Source: Azolla caroliniana
Lineage: Eukaryota; Plantae; Polypodiophyta
Length of the DNA: 64,000 bases
Assembly (NCBI GenBank): GCA_043228905.1
Contig: JBHGNT010000092.1
Coordinates: forward strand, 1 to 64,000
Reading direction: 5' to 3'
Shown here: piece by piece, positions 1 through 11,879 of the stretch
Numbering within the stretch: the stretch's first letter is position 1
Layout: each line of letters opens with the position of its first letter
Position numbers and translations under genes: made by a program
Notes under the pieces: generated by a model
The model's input: only the letters and a program-made list of their open reading frames with translations
Told to the model about the DNA's origin: nothing
Databases searched by the model: none

Positions 1-3000
1 AAATGTGTGTCACAATCTATTTTGTTTGCCCTGGCCCATGGACAATATTCCTTGATGCTGTATTCTATAGTATTATGCAAAAGTTTTAAAATCTAGACAA
101 TTGTGGAACAAATCTAAAAAGTGCAAGAACTTATGCAATTAATATCAATAACAGCAAAACAACAAAATGTTGCAATGAGTTAGACAAGCAAGCAATAATT
201 CACTTTCTATATATCAAGTAAAGGTTCTCTAACCTTTGCCTTCCAAGAAAAGTAAAGTGTAGCTTGGAAATATAAAATTGGAGTGTAAATTATGAGATAT
301 AGCTCAATGATAAATTTGTAATGCTTGAGCATTTTGTTTTTGGGTCCCTTAAGATGCATTAGCACTACGTGCACGTCTTGTGGTTTTCACATAACCTCAA
401 CTTCCATCTAATAAAATTGACCTCTTCTTGTGTAAGATACAATGCAAACAAGGACCCTATTTGCGTGGGTTTGTTAGCATTGTCTTGTATTATTGAGCAC
501 ATTGTCTTATGGTTTCAATATCATGATTTATGTAGATGTCCTAAGAACATGTCCTTTGTGCATAAACATATTGTGATCATCATGTAGGCATAAGATCATG
601 CACATACATCTCATGTGAAATGTCAAGACAACATAGACATTTGATTTGACATTTGACTAAATGCGAAGTTTAAATGGAAGGAAATTTGTTGTGAATTCTA
701 GCATTTGTCCTTTTTCAAGACATGCACCAACATAGCGGGATGTGAGAGCATACATAGTTAGAGAGGATACTTGAAAGAAAGTTTCACGGCAACATTCTAG
801 GTTTTGGGCAAATGTTTGAGGTTGTTGTCTACGTTTGGAGCAAATGTTTGATGCAATGTTGTTGTTCCTCATGAGTTCTTCTCTTGGGTTACATGTGATG
901 TAAGGAAACTACTAAAGGTTTCTTGGTATTTCGAAAGAAGGGCGGAGTATCTAAACTTTTTATTCATGCTTTATGACTAGCTTGCATGTAAACCATCACA
1001 CACCTCAACTGACTTCTGATTCTGTTTTGTGTTGACAATTATATTGCATGTGTGTTTTTCAATGCAATGTTTTTATGCGATCATTCATAGAAATACTTGT
1101 CTACATAAGTTTAGACGTGTCTTTAAATGAACTAGATAAAATAAATAGAAATGCAAATCCACAATAAAAGAAACTTATTATTGGGATTCGGCATTATAAA
1201 AACATACCTCCGGGAGATATACTAAATTCATGAAAAATTCAGCTTGGATATGATAACGTGTATTCTTCACGATGATCTTAAGGTGTAACTAACAACTTGG
1301 ACTTGTTGAACATGGTCATGTGCTATGCTAACATGATGTAGCAAGATATTTGTATGGTATCAAATATTGACATGGCATCATAAGGTTAGACATAAACAAA
1401 TCATACGAAGGGAGTGTACTATCTTTTGACACTTGGCATATATATACAATGTGTATAATCAATGTCCTATTATGTTGCATAAAAGAAGTATGCGTCGTAT
1501 AATGTATGCCCTACAATGCCAAACTTGAAGCGGTGCTACATCATGTTTGTCATATGATATATCTAAACCATCATAAAATTAGACGATTTCATCGTGCAAC
1601 CATTGTCTTATAATGCTCCTACATTCATGGATCGTAAGACAAGAAGATCCACATCGAAAAAACATATCCAATAAAAAGTGTCTCATATACTCTCGTCACA
1701 TTGGTCTTGGTTATGGAGATGTTGCAAGTAATACTAAGTAGATCCGGTAGGGAAGGATGGAGTAGGAAAGAGTAATAATTGAAATTGTCTACTTGAGGTC
1801 AATATTTAGAAAGAATATTTGTTGGATAAGTAGGAAGCTAGAGATGATGGAGTCAACATCCATCAAATTAATTTGAGACATCAATGCCATTCTAACAAAC
1901 CCCACCACTACTATTGACCTTTTCTCAATGCAAGATCCAACTTGAATAATTACGCAATGAGAAGTTCTATAAACGGTCGATGATGAGAACCCATGCAGTA
2001 AAAAAACTAGAGATACAAGGACCACATGATATCTTGTCAATCGATTGATGCAAAAGTATGAATCAATGTTTATATGTCTGTGAATAAAAGTGTTATAAAA
2101 ATTGAGATGCATGAAAAGTAATGATAAAGTGATGTAGATGCAAAAAATCAAGCCAATCTATGTGAAACAACATTCTACAACATTGTACCAAAGGTTATAA
2201 TTGATATTAAAATCATTACAAGTAATGGTGTTATGGATGACGGGAGATTATGCAATCTTGAGTCTAATATTAACGTTGTTGACATCATACCAACAACAAT
2301 AACTGTTGGCATCAATAATCATTAGTGTCAGTGGTGGTTTATGGGAAGGACAGAGGTATACTAGAGTTAGACGCTTAAATTTGCTTTCTATTAATAAAAA
2401 GGTCATTTAAAGTGGGGATGCAATCACCATCCAACCTATTGAATGACCTCTGCATGAAATAGAGTACGCCTAGTTTCTCCAGGATTCGCAAGTATAATTA
2501 TACTTTAGTTATATTGGTCTTCAAAATACATATGTCAACCTTTGAAAGAAACCTTGAAGCCTAGATTGCTCGAATCCATTTGGCATTTACCTTAAATTTA
2601 CTAGTCGTGTAAAACTTTCATTGCACACCATAGACACTAAAATTCTAAATTGGGATTTGACTCCACTTATATTATGTTCCTTGTTTATTATAATTGTTTC
2701 CCAGGTAGAAGTTGTATTGTGCATTAGTTGTATTTATCATATCTATTGATAGATGGACATATGGGCTTTGACATATTATACTCCATTTGGAACTTATTGA
2801 CATTGTCAATGATAAAAGAAGAAAAGTTGTGCACTGATTCAATTACCAAATATGTGAAATTCTACACTTTTGTAACAAAGATAAACATTCATAAGGCTAA
2901 TTTTGTGACTTCCATGTTGATCTTTATTTGGTCTTTTCACAACCTTACACCTCATCATTTTAATGAGTACTACGTTCACTGAATGCAAATACATTTAGAG

Positions 3001-5352
3001 AAAAATAAGAATAACTAACAATCTATTTTGTTTGAAGGGAGGATACAGAGACAATGATATTATATTTCTTTGCCTACCCTTAGTTATCATGTGTTATGTC
3101 ATTGAAACTTAGAGGATCTCCAAAGGTAAACAAAAATAGTGTTTTTTGCACTAAGTAGTGTGAATCCAAAGCTAATCAGGGTATTTAGTTTTTATAAGGT
3201 TATATTTGCTAAATGTTTGAAATTCGGATGAATTTAACCATGAAGTTGCGCAAATAGCACTTAAGATTGCTTAAGAGGGGATTGACAAAGGGCATTAAGG
3301 GAAGTAAAGAAAATCCAAGAGACTTGCAAAGTCTTTTTTGTAGAATTAGTTGAAAAAAAGAATGTGCATGTTCCTCTACATAAAAGTCATATATGTTATG
3401 CTTTTTGTCCAAAGATGATGTATGTAACGCTTCCAAATACTATTGAACCACTTGACGATAATCATATACATGTTATCGAATGATTTATTTAGTTCGAATT
3501 CCATGTCCATAAAAGAGGAACCAAAACAAACCATGTTAAGGATTCTCGTTATCCCGAAAGGTAAGGGAACTATAGCTATGGGTGAAGTTGCATGTGATAC
3601 ACTCAATTTTCAAGGGGTCATATCTAAGGCACTCTAGTCGTACGTATGCCTAGTGTTCCCCTACTCCCATGTCAACAAAGTCAGGACACTCTTTCATTAG
3701 ATGAAGATGTCTATAAACGTATCCAATAAGGCCAATGTGGCATATGCGAAATCAAGCAATATTGCTCTGGAGAAAGCGTGTATTTCAACACCTTTTATTA
3801 CCTGTTGTCATGGGCATGGCTTTAAATTCATTATTGGTCACATGGTTGACTTTTTACTACGCGTTGCGAATAATATCATTTTCAACATGGTCAAATAAGT
3901 ACTAGATTATGGTTGACTTTTAAGACGCGTTGAGAACATTCCAAGTTGCAACATTGCAAATATCTACTACATTATGTTTGACTTTAAAGACAAGAAAATG
4001 TTGCTTCGAAGTGGCGAGTTGGTATAATGTGAATTGTGATGCGAGAGTAGTTTAGGCATTATGGTAAAATTGATTGGATTGTAGGGTGTTATAGCCTATA
4101 GATAAAATTTACCATTTGCTTGAACTTTCCATTGACATTCAATGTATGTAGAAAAGTAGGCTCTAAATGAATTGAGTGGGTGTTGCTTTTGCCCACTCTA
4201 TGTTGAAGTTGGAAAGAGGTATACATCAATAATGTGCGAGTATTGATGGTATATAGTCCAATACTCACCATCATAAGTATTAAGAAAGGACGAAAGAATG
4301 TTTTTATGCATTTTAATGGTTAATAAACTTATATTATGTAGTTATACATGTTTGTATATACATATTTCCAATAGTATGAAGAGAGATTTCATGAGCATCA
4401 TGCTTTTGCTTTATACTTCTGGCTATTTTAGAGTAGGCATTGTTGGATGGATTGATTCTTTTCAGGCAAAGAATTGTTGTATCAAGTACATACAAATTTA
4501 TGTGTTGTCATCAATCGGTATGGTAGGTTCATGCTTAGTTGTGTGGGAAAAATAATCGTAGTGTAGGATGTCTACGCATTGTGGAATAAATAGCTCAACA
4601 AGGTATGTCATTCCACACTTCCTTCTAAGACTTAAGGTTTTTCGTGGACCTTCATAACGGGAGGTTTACCTATGGTTGTCATTATGAGTAGAATGGTTCC
4701 TATTGGTAATGATGGCATATTCCTTCGAAGTTTTGTTGCTCGTCATTACTGGACTTACTTTTGTTCGGTTTGGACTTAATCGACAAACTTGTACAATGCA
4801 TCCTCCACATATTTACAATTCCTTTGGTGTATATGGAGTTACCTCTTTCTTTATATATCATTTCCTTGGGTATTGGGCACTATTTTCGATTGAAGAGAGT
4901 TAAATAGATTATTAACCTTTGTTAAAGTCTACGTACAATCCATGAGAGAGAGGGGGAAGGAGGGAGAGATGTAGGTAGATTTTTATAATAGTTCTTGGAG
5001 ATCAAATGTGACCTAAATGATACTTTCCATGCGGTTTGTGTGTGAAGTTTGGTAAGTAACTCTTTGATGTTTTGAGAAATTTAATAATGAGCATTACAAT
5101 TGAAAGGGCATGTTACCAGCCTGGCATACGAAGAAGTGGGTGTGTGGGGTAGTAAGTAGGTCGTGATTGAAAAGATGTGGTGGAAAGAAAAAAACGAATG
5201 TGGTCAACTTACTCTCGCTCTCGCAAACTTGCATAGCCAATGGTAACTTAGAATATAGATTTAGTATGGACTTGGCCCACTCTAGGCAATTACAAGGAGG
5301 TATTGTGGCATCTCTCTCTTTCTCTCTCTCTCTCTTTTGTAACTAGCTTACC

Positions 5353-5389
<37 letters not shown>

Positions 5390-5510
5390 AACTAGCTTAC
5401 CCTATTGGTAAGTTGTTTAAACTATTAACACTACATCTTGGGTTCGAAACCAATTTTCTCATCTCTCTATTACTCCATAGACATATCTCTTATTTCACTA
5501 GATGCCATTG

Positions 5511-5580
5511 TGGAATGTCGGGGTTGAACCCATGACCACATGGTCACCATTGGCCAACCTTACCAACTGAGCTACATCCA
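5511..5580 (-). mobile_element. tRNA-derived SINE head (Pol III A/B boxes)
   Basis: Minus strand reads TGGATGTAGCTCAGTTGGTAAGG...GGTCATGGGTTCAACCCCG, an A box and B box at tRNA spacing with no intact anticodon arm. A related copy lies at 36026-36090. Confidence 0.6.
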
Positions 5581-5690
5581 TTTGGGCAACCATGCGAATG
5601 CATCTCTTATAGGCTCAGACAACGGATTCTGTATGGACTCGGACCACTCTAGTGGCATCTGTCTCTGTCTCTATCTCCATCACGCGCACA

Positions 5691-5692
<2 letters not shown>

Positions 5693-5730
<38 letters not shown>

Positions 5731-6059
5731 CTATGCTATATAAGCTAATATGTACACATTAGATTGATGTGAAGTAAGTCGTATGGAAGTGAAGCAGAAT
5801 GGCAAAGACCAGATTGGGTCGGGCAGGGCAGGGGGGTTCCCATGGAAATCTCTATGCCTTTAAACGCTACCATGTGAATGACCAACCAAGTTGTCCCCCC
5901 TAACAGCCCCCCCTCCCCCTTGGACCAGAAGGTGCCCATATGATGGCCGGTCCGATTGGTCGGGCATAGGTGTCCCCAAGACTGATTCAATATGATAGGG
6001 GTAGGGTAGAGGGCCCCATTAGGAAGCTTCTTCTTCTTCCTCTTCTTCTTCTTCTTAAG

Positions 6060-6108
<49 letters not shown>

Positions 6109-6212
6109 TCAGATTCCTTTTTCTGTGGCTTCCTCTCTGTTAGCCTTCTAAATTTGTCCCCCCCCCTCCCCTTTGATTTCTTTTCTGCACGCCCAAATCC
6201 CCCCCCCCCCCC

Positions 6213-6252
<40 letters not shown>
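5693..6252. repeat. Microsatellite cluster: (CA)n, (CTT)n, poly-C, (CT)n
   Basis: (CA)n ~5693-5729, (CTT)n ~6027-6108, C-run and (CT)n ~6199-6252, all upstream of the sulfurase-like gene. Confidence 0.9.
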
Positions 6253-6256
<4 letters not shown>

Positions 6257-6429
6257 ATTCGTGTGGATTGCACACATAGCTGTCTACATCCAATCAATTT
6301 CAATTCAGCTTTTTTTCTTTCTCAAACCCCCCTTTTTTTGTTTTGATCCACTTTCAGAAGCCTTTCTTTGTTTGACCTACTTGTGTCTTCTTGCCGGCCA
6401 ATAGAAGCAAAACACCAATTCATTTTATA

Positions 6430-6872
6430 GTTGCAGGAAACCCTAAATTTTCATTTGTTTCTTTACTTTAATCTTGTGTATTGATCAGGAACCCCATTTT
6501 CTACTTCATCATGTGTATATGTGGGCCATGATCGGAAACTCTAATTCTTTTTATCAAAACATATGTTGTATGTACATGTGATTGGTTTCAATCAGAAACC
6601 CTAATTTCTTTTACCTAATCACACATATGTGAAACATTTTTTTTTCGCAATCTTTCTTTCCTGTGCGCACATATATTATGCTCGTAATGATCGGAAACCC
6701 TAAAATTTGACCAAGTCTTATGTATATTCGTTGACATTCATTTTCCTTATCATGTATACATGTAGAAAGTCTAATTGGTTACCTAATCATATTTGTATGT
6801 GTATGTCGAAACCCGAATTTCTGTACGTAATCATATGTATATATATGGGTGAAGATAGAAAACCCTAATTTT
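6430..6872 (+). promoter_or_regulatory. Degenerate ~50-55-bp minisatellite carrying telo-boxes (AAACCCTAA)
   Basis: Perfect AAACCCTAA at 6438, 6596, 6695 and 6860, plus four degenerate copies. Unit approximates GATCGGAAACCCTAATTTCTTTTACCTAATCATATGTGTATATGT. Site-II-like TGGGCC at 6522. Confidence 0.65.
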
Positions 6873-6904
6873 AAACAGCTAGCTGAAAAGGAAAAGGAAA
6901 AGCT

Positions 6905-9223
6905 ATGGAAACAGAGGATGACGAGGAGGAGAAGGCCTTCTCAGAGTTCTTGTCTTCTTACTCTGCTTACAAAGAAACAATGGTGATTGATAGCTTAAGG
7001 AAAGAAGAGTATTCTCATCTTGAAGATAAGAACCAGGTATGTCTAGACTATACTGGAGTTGGTCTTTTCTCCAATTCACAGAAAAGGCACAGTTCTAGTG
7101 TAATTGGGTTATCTTTTATATCACTAAACTTAGCAACTCATGCTATGTATCCTGATGATGGTGGTATCGAGAGTGCCTTCAGGAAGAGGATTCTTCATTA
7201 CCTTAATCTAGATGAAGATGATTACTACCTGGTTTTCACTGCTAATTCGTTCTCAGCTTTTAAGCTCCTCGGCGAATCTTACCCATTCCATGAATCGCCA
7301 AACTTGTTATTGGCTTATGATCATCGATGCGATGATATCGATGCTCTTACAGAATGTGCGGCTGCGAAATCCGGGACCATTCACTCGGTTAGTCTTACCT
7401 TCCCACAGTTCAAGATCGATACTCATGATTTACACAAGAAACTAGAGTCTGGAAGAAGGAAAGCCAGTGCAAACAATCACAAGTTGTCGAATAAATCTTC
7501 AACCGATGCCAATACTAATAAGGGTCTACTGGCATACCCATACTCATCCCGAGTCACAGGATGCAGAAACTCGTCTCGATGGATACAAAAAGCTCAAACG
7601 GATGGCTGGCATGTGCTTTTAGATGTGACTAATATGGATGCAAAGATGTTAAGCTCATTGGGTCTTTCTCTGTTTTTACCCGATTTTGTTATATGCTCTT
7701 TCTACAATGTGTTTGGTCAAGACCCAGCTGGGATGGGTTGTTTGGCTATAAAGAAGTCGGTGCTTAGAACACTCGGTGATTCATCCCGAGCTCGAGCCAT
7801 CGGTATGGTGAAGATAGTGAAAAAAGAAGGCTTGGGCTATTGTGTTGACTCTACCATGGATGACCATGAAAAGGAAGAATTTAAGACATTGAATAGAGAA
7901 GCTGGGCATCGGAGACACGAGTCTAACCCGTTAGATGGGTTCTCTCTCCAACAACCTGAATGGTCCACGGACCTAGTGGCGATTGATAAGTCGCTATTTT
8001 ATAGGTCAGAGTGTGAGAGCACTGCATCTTCTAAAGAATATGTGCCCGAAGTCAGAGAGAATGAGAGTATGCATGGAGGACCTTCCAATGTAAAGAGTGA
8101 TGATGAGGATTCACATGCATATGAAATACAAATGAAATCACTAAGTGCGCGTGAAATATCTACAGCCCAAAGTGGTCATGTTAAATCAACGATAAATGAT
8201 AGGAGTGGGTGGATGGCTTGGGATTTGACAAGGGAATATCGGAAGTATGAGGCATTTTATCAAGCTAATTCTTGGAGAAGAGAAAATAGGGTGATGAATG
8301 AGGATGTGGGCCCTTCGTCACTTCCACATAAGATGGATATATTGGGTTCTGATGAGAGAATGAAAACATGGGAAGCTTATGGAGATGTATTATCAAGAAG
8401 AAGTGTAAAAGATCTGTTTTACTTGGGTCAAGATGCACCCCTACAAAATCCGGATTATTCATCTTCTTCATCAAAGAAGTTGTTTCTACAACATCAAGGA
8501 ACCAAATCCAAAACCGGGAAACAAATAGACAAGTCTCAAAGAATTGTAGAAAATGAATGGAGAGCGTTCTATGCTCGAAAGGCGAGATGCCGGGACTTGG
8601 CTTCTTCGAGTAGCATATCATCTTTCTCTGTCCCATCAGGCCCTAAATCAAGTGACGATGAAATATGTTGCAAAGGTATGGATCAAGCTGATATGCTAGG
8701 GTATAGAAGGATAGCTATCCGACTTCGATCTCTTGCAAGTTGGCTTATATCTTCACTATCAATGCTACAACATCCCGAGCAAGAGCATCGGAAATTAGTG
8801 AAAATATATAGCCAAGTTTCACTCTTGGATCGAGGTTCAACTGTTGCATTCTCATTGTTTGATTCCATGGGTAACAAGTTAGATCCACACAGAGTTCAAT
8901 TACTTGCTGATAGAGATAACATTTCTCTACGAGTGGGTGTGATCGAAGGGACGTTCACTAGTGATCACCTAGGAAATGATAGTAAGACTTACGAAGATTT
9001 CTTGTCGAGTTGTATGGACCTTCCTGTCTATAAGTGGCGATCACGAGGGGAGTCTTTAGAGACTATCTGTGTACCTGTTGTGTATGTATCTCTAGGGTTT
9101 CTTAACAACTTTTCCGATGTATATAAGCTTTGGTCATTCATTTCGAAATTCCTTGATCCAAATTTTGTCAATAAGGAGCTCTGGCATTATCAAGCTCTAA
9201 ACCAAGAAACAATTGAGATTTGA
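6905..9223 (+). CDS. Molybdenum cofactor sulfurase-like, PLP-dependent transferase (class V fold) protein, intronless, 772 aa, no MOSC domain
   Basis: Long ORF with family motifs IDSLRKEEYSHL, VCLDYTGVGLFS, LVFTAN..SAFKLLGESYPF, WHVLLD, LGLSLFLPDFVICSFY.VFG.DP.G.GCL, CKGMDQAD.LG, DRGSTVAF and SLGFLNNFSDVYKLW.F.SKFLD. Confidence 0.9.
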   Translation: METEDDEEEKAFSEFLSSYSAYKETMVIDSLRKEEYSHLEDKNQVCLDYTGVGLFSNSQKRHSSSVIGLSFISLNLATHAMYPDDGGIESAFRKRILHYLNLDEDDYYLVFTANSFSAFKLLGESYPFHESPNLLLAYDHRCDDIDALTECAAAKSGTIHSVSLTFPQFKIDTHDLHKKLESGRRKASANNHKLSNKSSTDANTNKGLLAYPYSSRVTGCRNSSRWIQKAQTDGWHVLLDVTNMDAKMLSSLGLSLFLPDFVICSFYNVFGQDPAGMGCLAIKKSVLRTLGDSSRARAIGMVKIVKKEGLGYCVDSTMDDHEKEEFKTLNREAGHRRHESNPLDGFSLQQPEWSTDLVAIDKSLFYRSECESTASSKEYVPEVRENESMHGGPSNVKSDDEDSHAYEIQMKSLSAREISTAQSGHVKSTINDRSGWMAWDLTREYRKYEAFYQANSWRRENRVMNEDVGPSSLPHKMDILGSDERMKTWEAYGDVLSRRSVKDLFYLGQDAPLQNPDYSSSSSKKLFLQHQGTKSKTGKQIDKSQRIVENEWRAFYARKARCRDLASSSSISSFSVPSGPKSSDDEICCKGMDQADMLGYRRIAIRLRSLASWLISSLSMLQHPEQEHRKLVKIYSQVSLLDRGSTVAFSLFDSMGNKLDPHRVQLLADRDNISLRVGVIEGTFTSDHLGNDSKTYEDFLSSCMDLPVYKWRSRGESLETICVPVVYVSLGFLNNFSDVYKLWSFISKFLDPNFVNKELWHYQALNQETIEI

Positions 9224-10579
9224 TTTGGATTCTTTCTTTTGTATTTTTGTGTCCTTACCAATGTGTATTGAACATGCAAGGCTTTTCATGTAATGAGATG
9301 TAGAATTAGATGGAAAATAGTTATTTGCTTCATGGGCATTACTGTATCTAGTTAATTGTGGATTCGAATGTCTTTTTCTTTTACAGCGCAAAGTTTTGGC
9401 AAATTGAGCTGTGGTTACAAGGTGTGTAAGTTTGTTACATCTTCTGGTTAGAAATAGAAAAAGGCGCCAAGAAAGAGAGATTATTAAAGCCCATGGACTA
9501 TCTATTGGACATGGCTAAGCCCACGGTGTGCATCAAACTTAAGCTCTCTCAAATTTATGGCTTTGGGTGATCCAAAGTAAACCACCGTGCCAACAAGAAT
9601 GAGAGAGAGAGAGAGAGAGAGAGTTGATGCTAAAGTTCTCTTATAGAGACCATGATGTTGTGTTAAAAAGACCTAACATTGTGCACTTCCTTGTCGAAGA
9701 AAGTATATGTACGCCTAAAAATGTGATTTAAGCATATCATATGACATAGATTGTAAGCAATAAAACATGAAGTTCTCTCATAGAGATCACAATATCGTGT
9801 TATAAGCCCCTAACATTCACCACTTTCCCCATCAAAGAAACGATATCACAAGTGAAGAGAGACAATAAAAACTCGTGAACCTGTTTCCAAATCCAAAATT
9901 GGGCATATTTTAAGCATATCATACGAAGTAGATTGTAAGTGATAAAGCATTGGAGCATTTCCCAAGGAAAAGGTGGACATTGTTTCAAAAAATTCCATTG
10001 AGAAGCTCCTCAAGTATATAGTTTATCCACGTGCATCTTTAAACATGATGATGTATGCCTCACGGATCACCAAAACTTCCATAACCCTAGAGTGATAAAT
10101 TTTCCAAGAGGGAAGCCCTTGTTTGTTTTTGGATACATGTAGAGACCCTGGCTTCTTTGTTGGAAACTGTAAATATGAAAGAGTTGTTTCCATCTTAAGG
10201 AAAACATGTTTCTTCTACATGTGAGTTTTACCTATAGATATTAGGGTTAGAACATAACATGCGCAAACAACTAGCTATGCAAACTTCTATACTAAGTGTA
10301 TTAAGTCATACACCTCCTTTGCCATTAAAAATATAGCACTTGAAATAAAAAGAGCAGGTGAGAGGCATATGGTTACAATTTAATCAACATGGCTATCCAT
10401 GCAGAAACATTTTGATAGAAATGAGCTTTAAAGACACATAAAAATCTCTGTTATTACATCAATACCAACACCATTGCACGGAATGCACAAGGGCTTCTAA
10501 ATGTTTAATGAGAAAAACATTATAGAGACAAATAAAACTATAATCGCCTTTGCATCTACATAAAAAACGTGACAAAATA

Positions 10580-11250
10580 ACAAATACAAGAGGGTAATCA
10601 ACAACCCTAAACAATTATGTGCATGGTGATAATTAGCAGCCTTGATAAACCATCATATGCATGGAGGCAATTCACAACCTTGATAAACAAATTAGAAATT
10701 ATAACATACATAAAGGCAATCGACAACCTCATTAATCAAACAGTACAACATTAAAAAACAATGTAATGTTGTGGTGTGAATGTGTTCTTTATGTGCATTT
10801 CACAATATTATGGATATGAATCTCACTACAATATTACATGCAATAAGGTAACAGAAAATCCTGAGAAATTATGAATACTATGTGCATGATAAAGTAGGTA
10901 ATAAAGAATCTTGCAAAACTATAAACATTATGTACAAGATAGTCGATGATCTAAAAAAATAAACTACGTAATATTATGTTAATGATGGTAATTGACAATC
11001 TTGAGAAACAGACAATGCAATAATGATATGTACCTGGAGGTAATGGACAACCAAAAACAAACTATACAATATTATGTACATGAAGGTAATTGAAAACATT
11101 AATAAACAAACCAGACAATATGTTGTACATGAAAGTAATCAACAATATTGAGATACAAACAATGGAACATAGAATTTACATGAAGGTAAGCAACAACTTT
11201 GTTAAACAAACTAGACACTGATGGACACAAAAGTAACTGACAAATTTCAT
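10580..11250. repeat. Degenerate ~50-bp AT-rich tandem repeat array
   Basis: Recurring unit like ACAATATTATGTACATGAAGGTAATTGACAACCTTGATAAACAAACTAG between the convergent 3' ends of two genes. Confidence 0.75.
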
Positions 11251-11879
11251 AAAAATTAACCATAAGAACTTAACAAAATAGTATGAGCTTATGGTAGCAT
11301 ATTTGGTGATGGATAGACATGTCAGAGTTCCACTTACAAATTGAGAAGAATTCAATGACCTTTGAAAAAAAAGACAACTATACTAAAAATATAAAATTAA
11401 ATTGTTGGACAAATTGCTTAAAACGTGGTTTTCTTCTTGCATGTGGAAAACAATAGAATGATAATTTGTCAGTATATTCTCATCATTCAATAGATAAGAG
11501 ATCTGAAAGGATTGAAATACCATAGAAGTGTTCCTTGTAGAGAAAAGACCCTAAAGCAGAAACCCAGGCTTCACAATATCTCTGGGTTTGGTGATAAGTG
11601 AAGTCTTTCTTCTGTGTCGCTTTGGGCTGAATTAAATTTTAAATCTAAACCTGAGGGTTCTTCTTGTGTTTTTCATCTCGGTGCAAAGTCAAGATTGCCT
11701 TCATGGTATACCGAGCTTTTTGGCTAATTGCGTGAATAAATGAAGTTATCAACTCCATGTTACAAAAACATAAAAAACAATTACTCTGTTACAAATCTTG
11801 GAGCAAAATGGAGACCCACTTCAAAATTGTCAAGTCTGGATGTTGTAAAAGATTTCCAGAAACTAAAGATGACAAATAA

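Noticed and set aside
1-5300. Short ORFs in the AT-rich first 5.3 kb
   Set aside because: No recognisable motif or splice-consistent gene. It looks like decayed repeat DNA, but I cannot assign a family.
5745-6293. 182-aa Lys/Arg/Glu-rich ORF
   Set aside because: It is the translation of (CT)n, (CTT)n and C-run microsatellites.
10580-11250. Regularly spaced repeats resembling a CRISPR array
   Set aside because: Whole units are degenerate tandem copies with no unique spacers and no cas genes, in a eukaryotic context.
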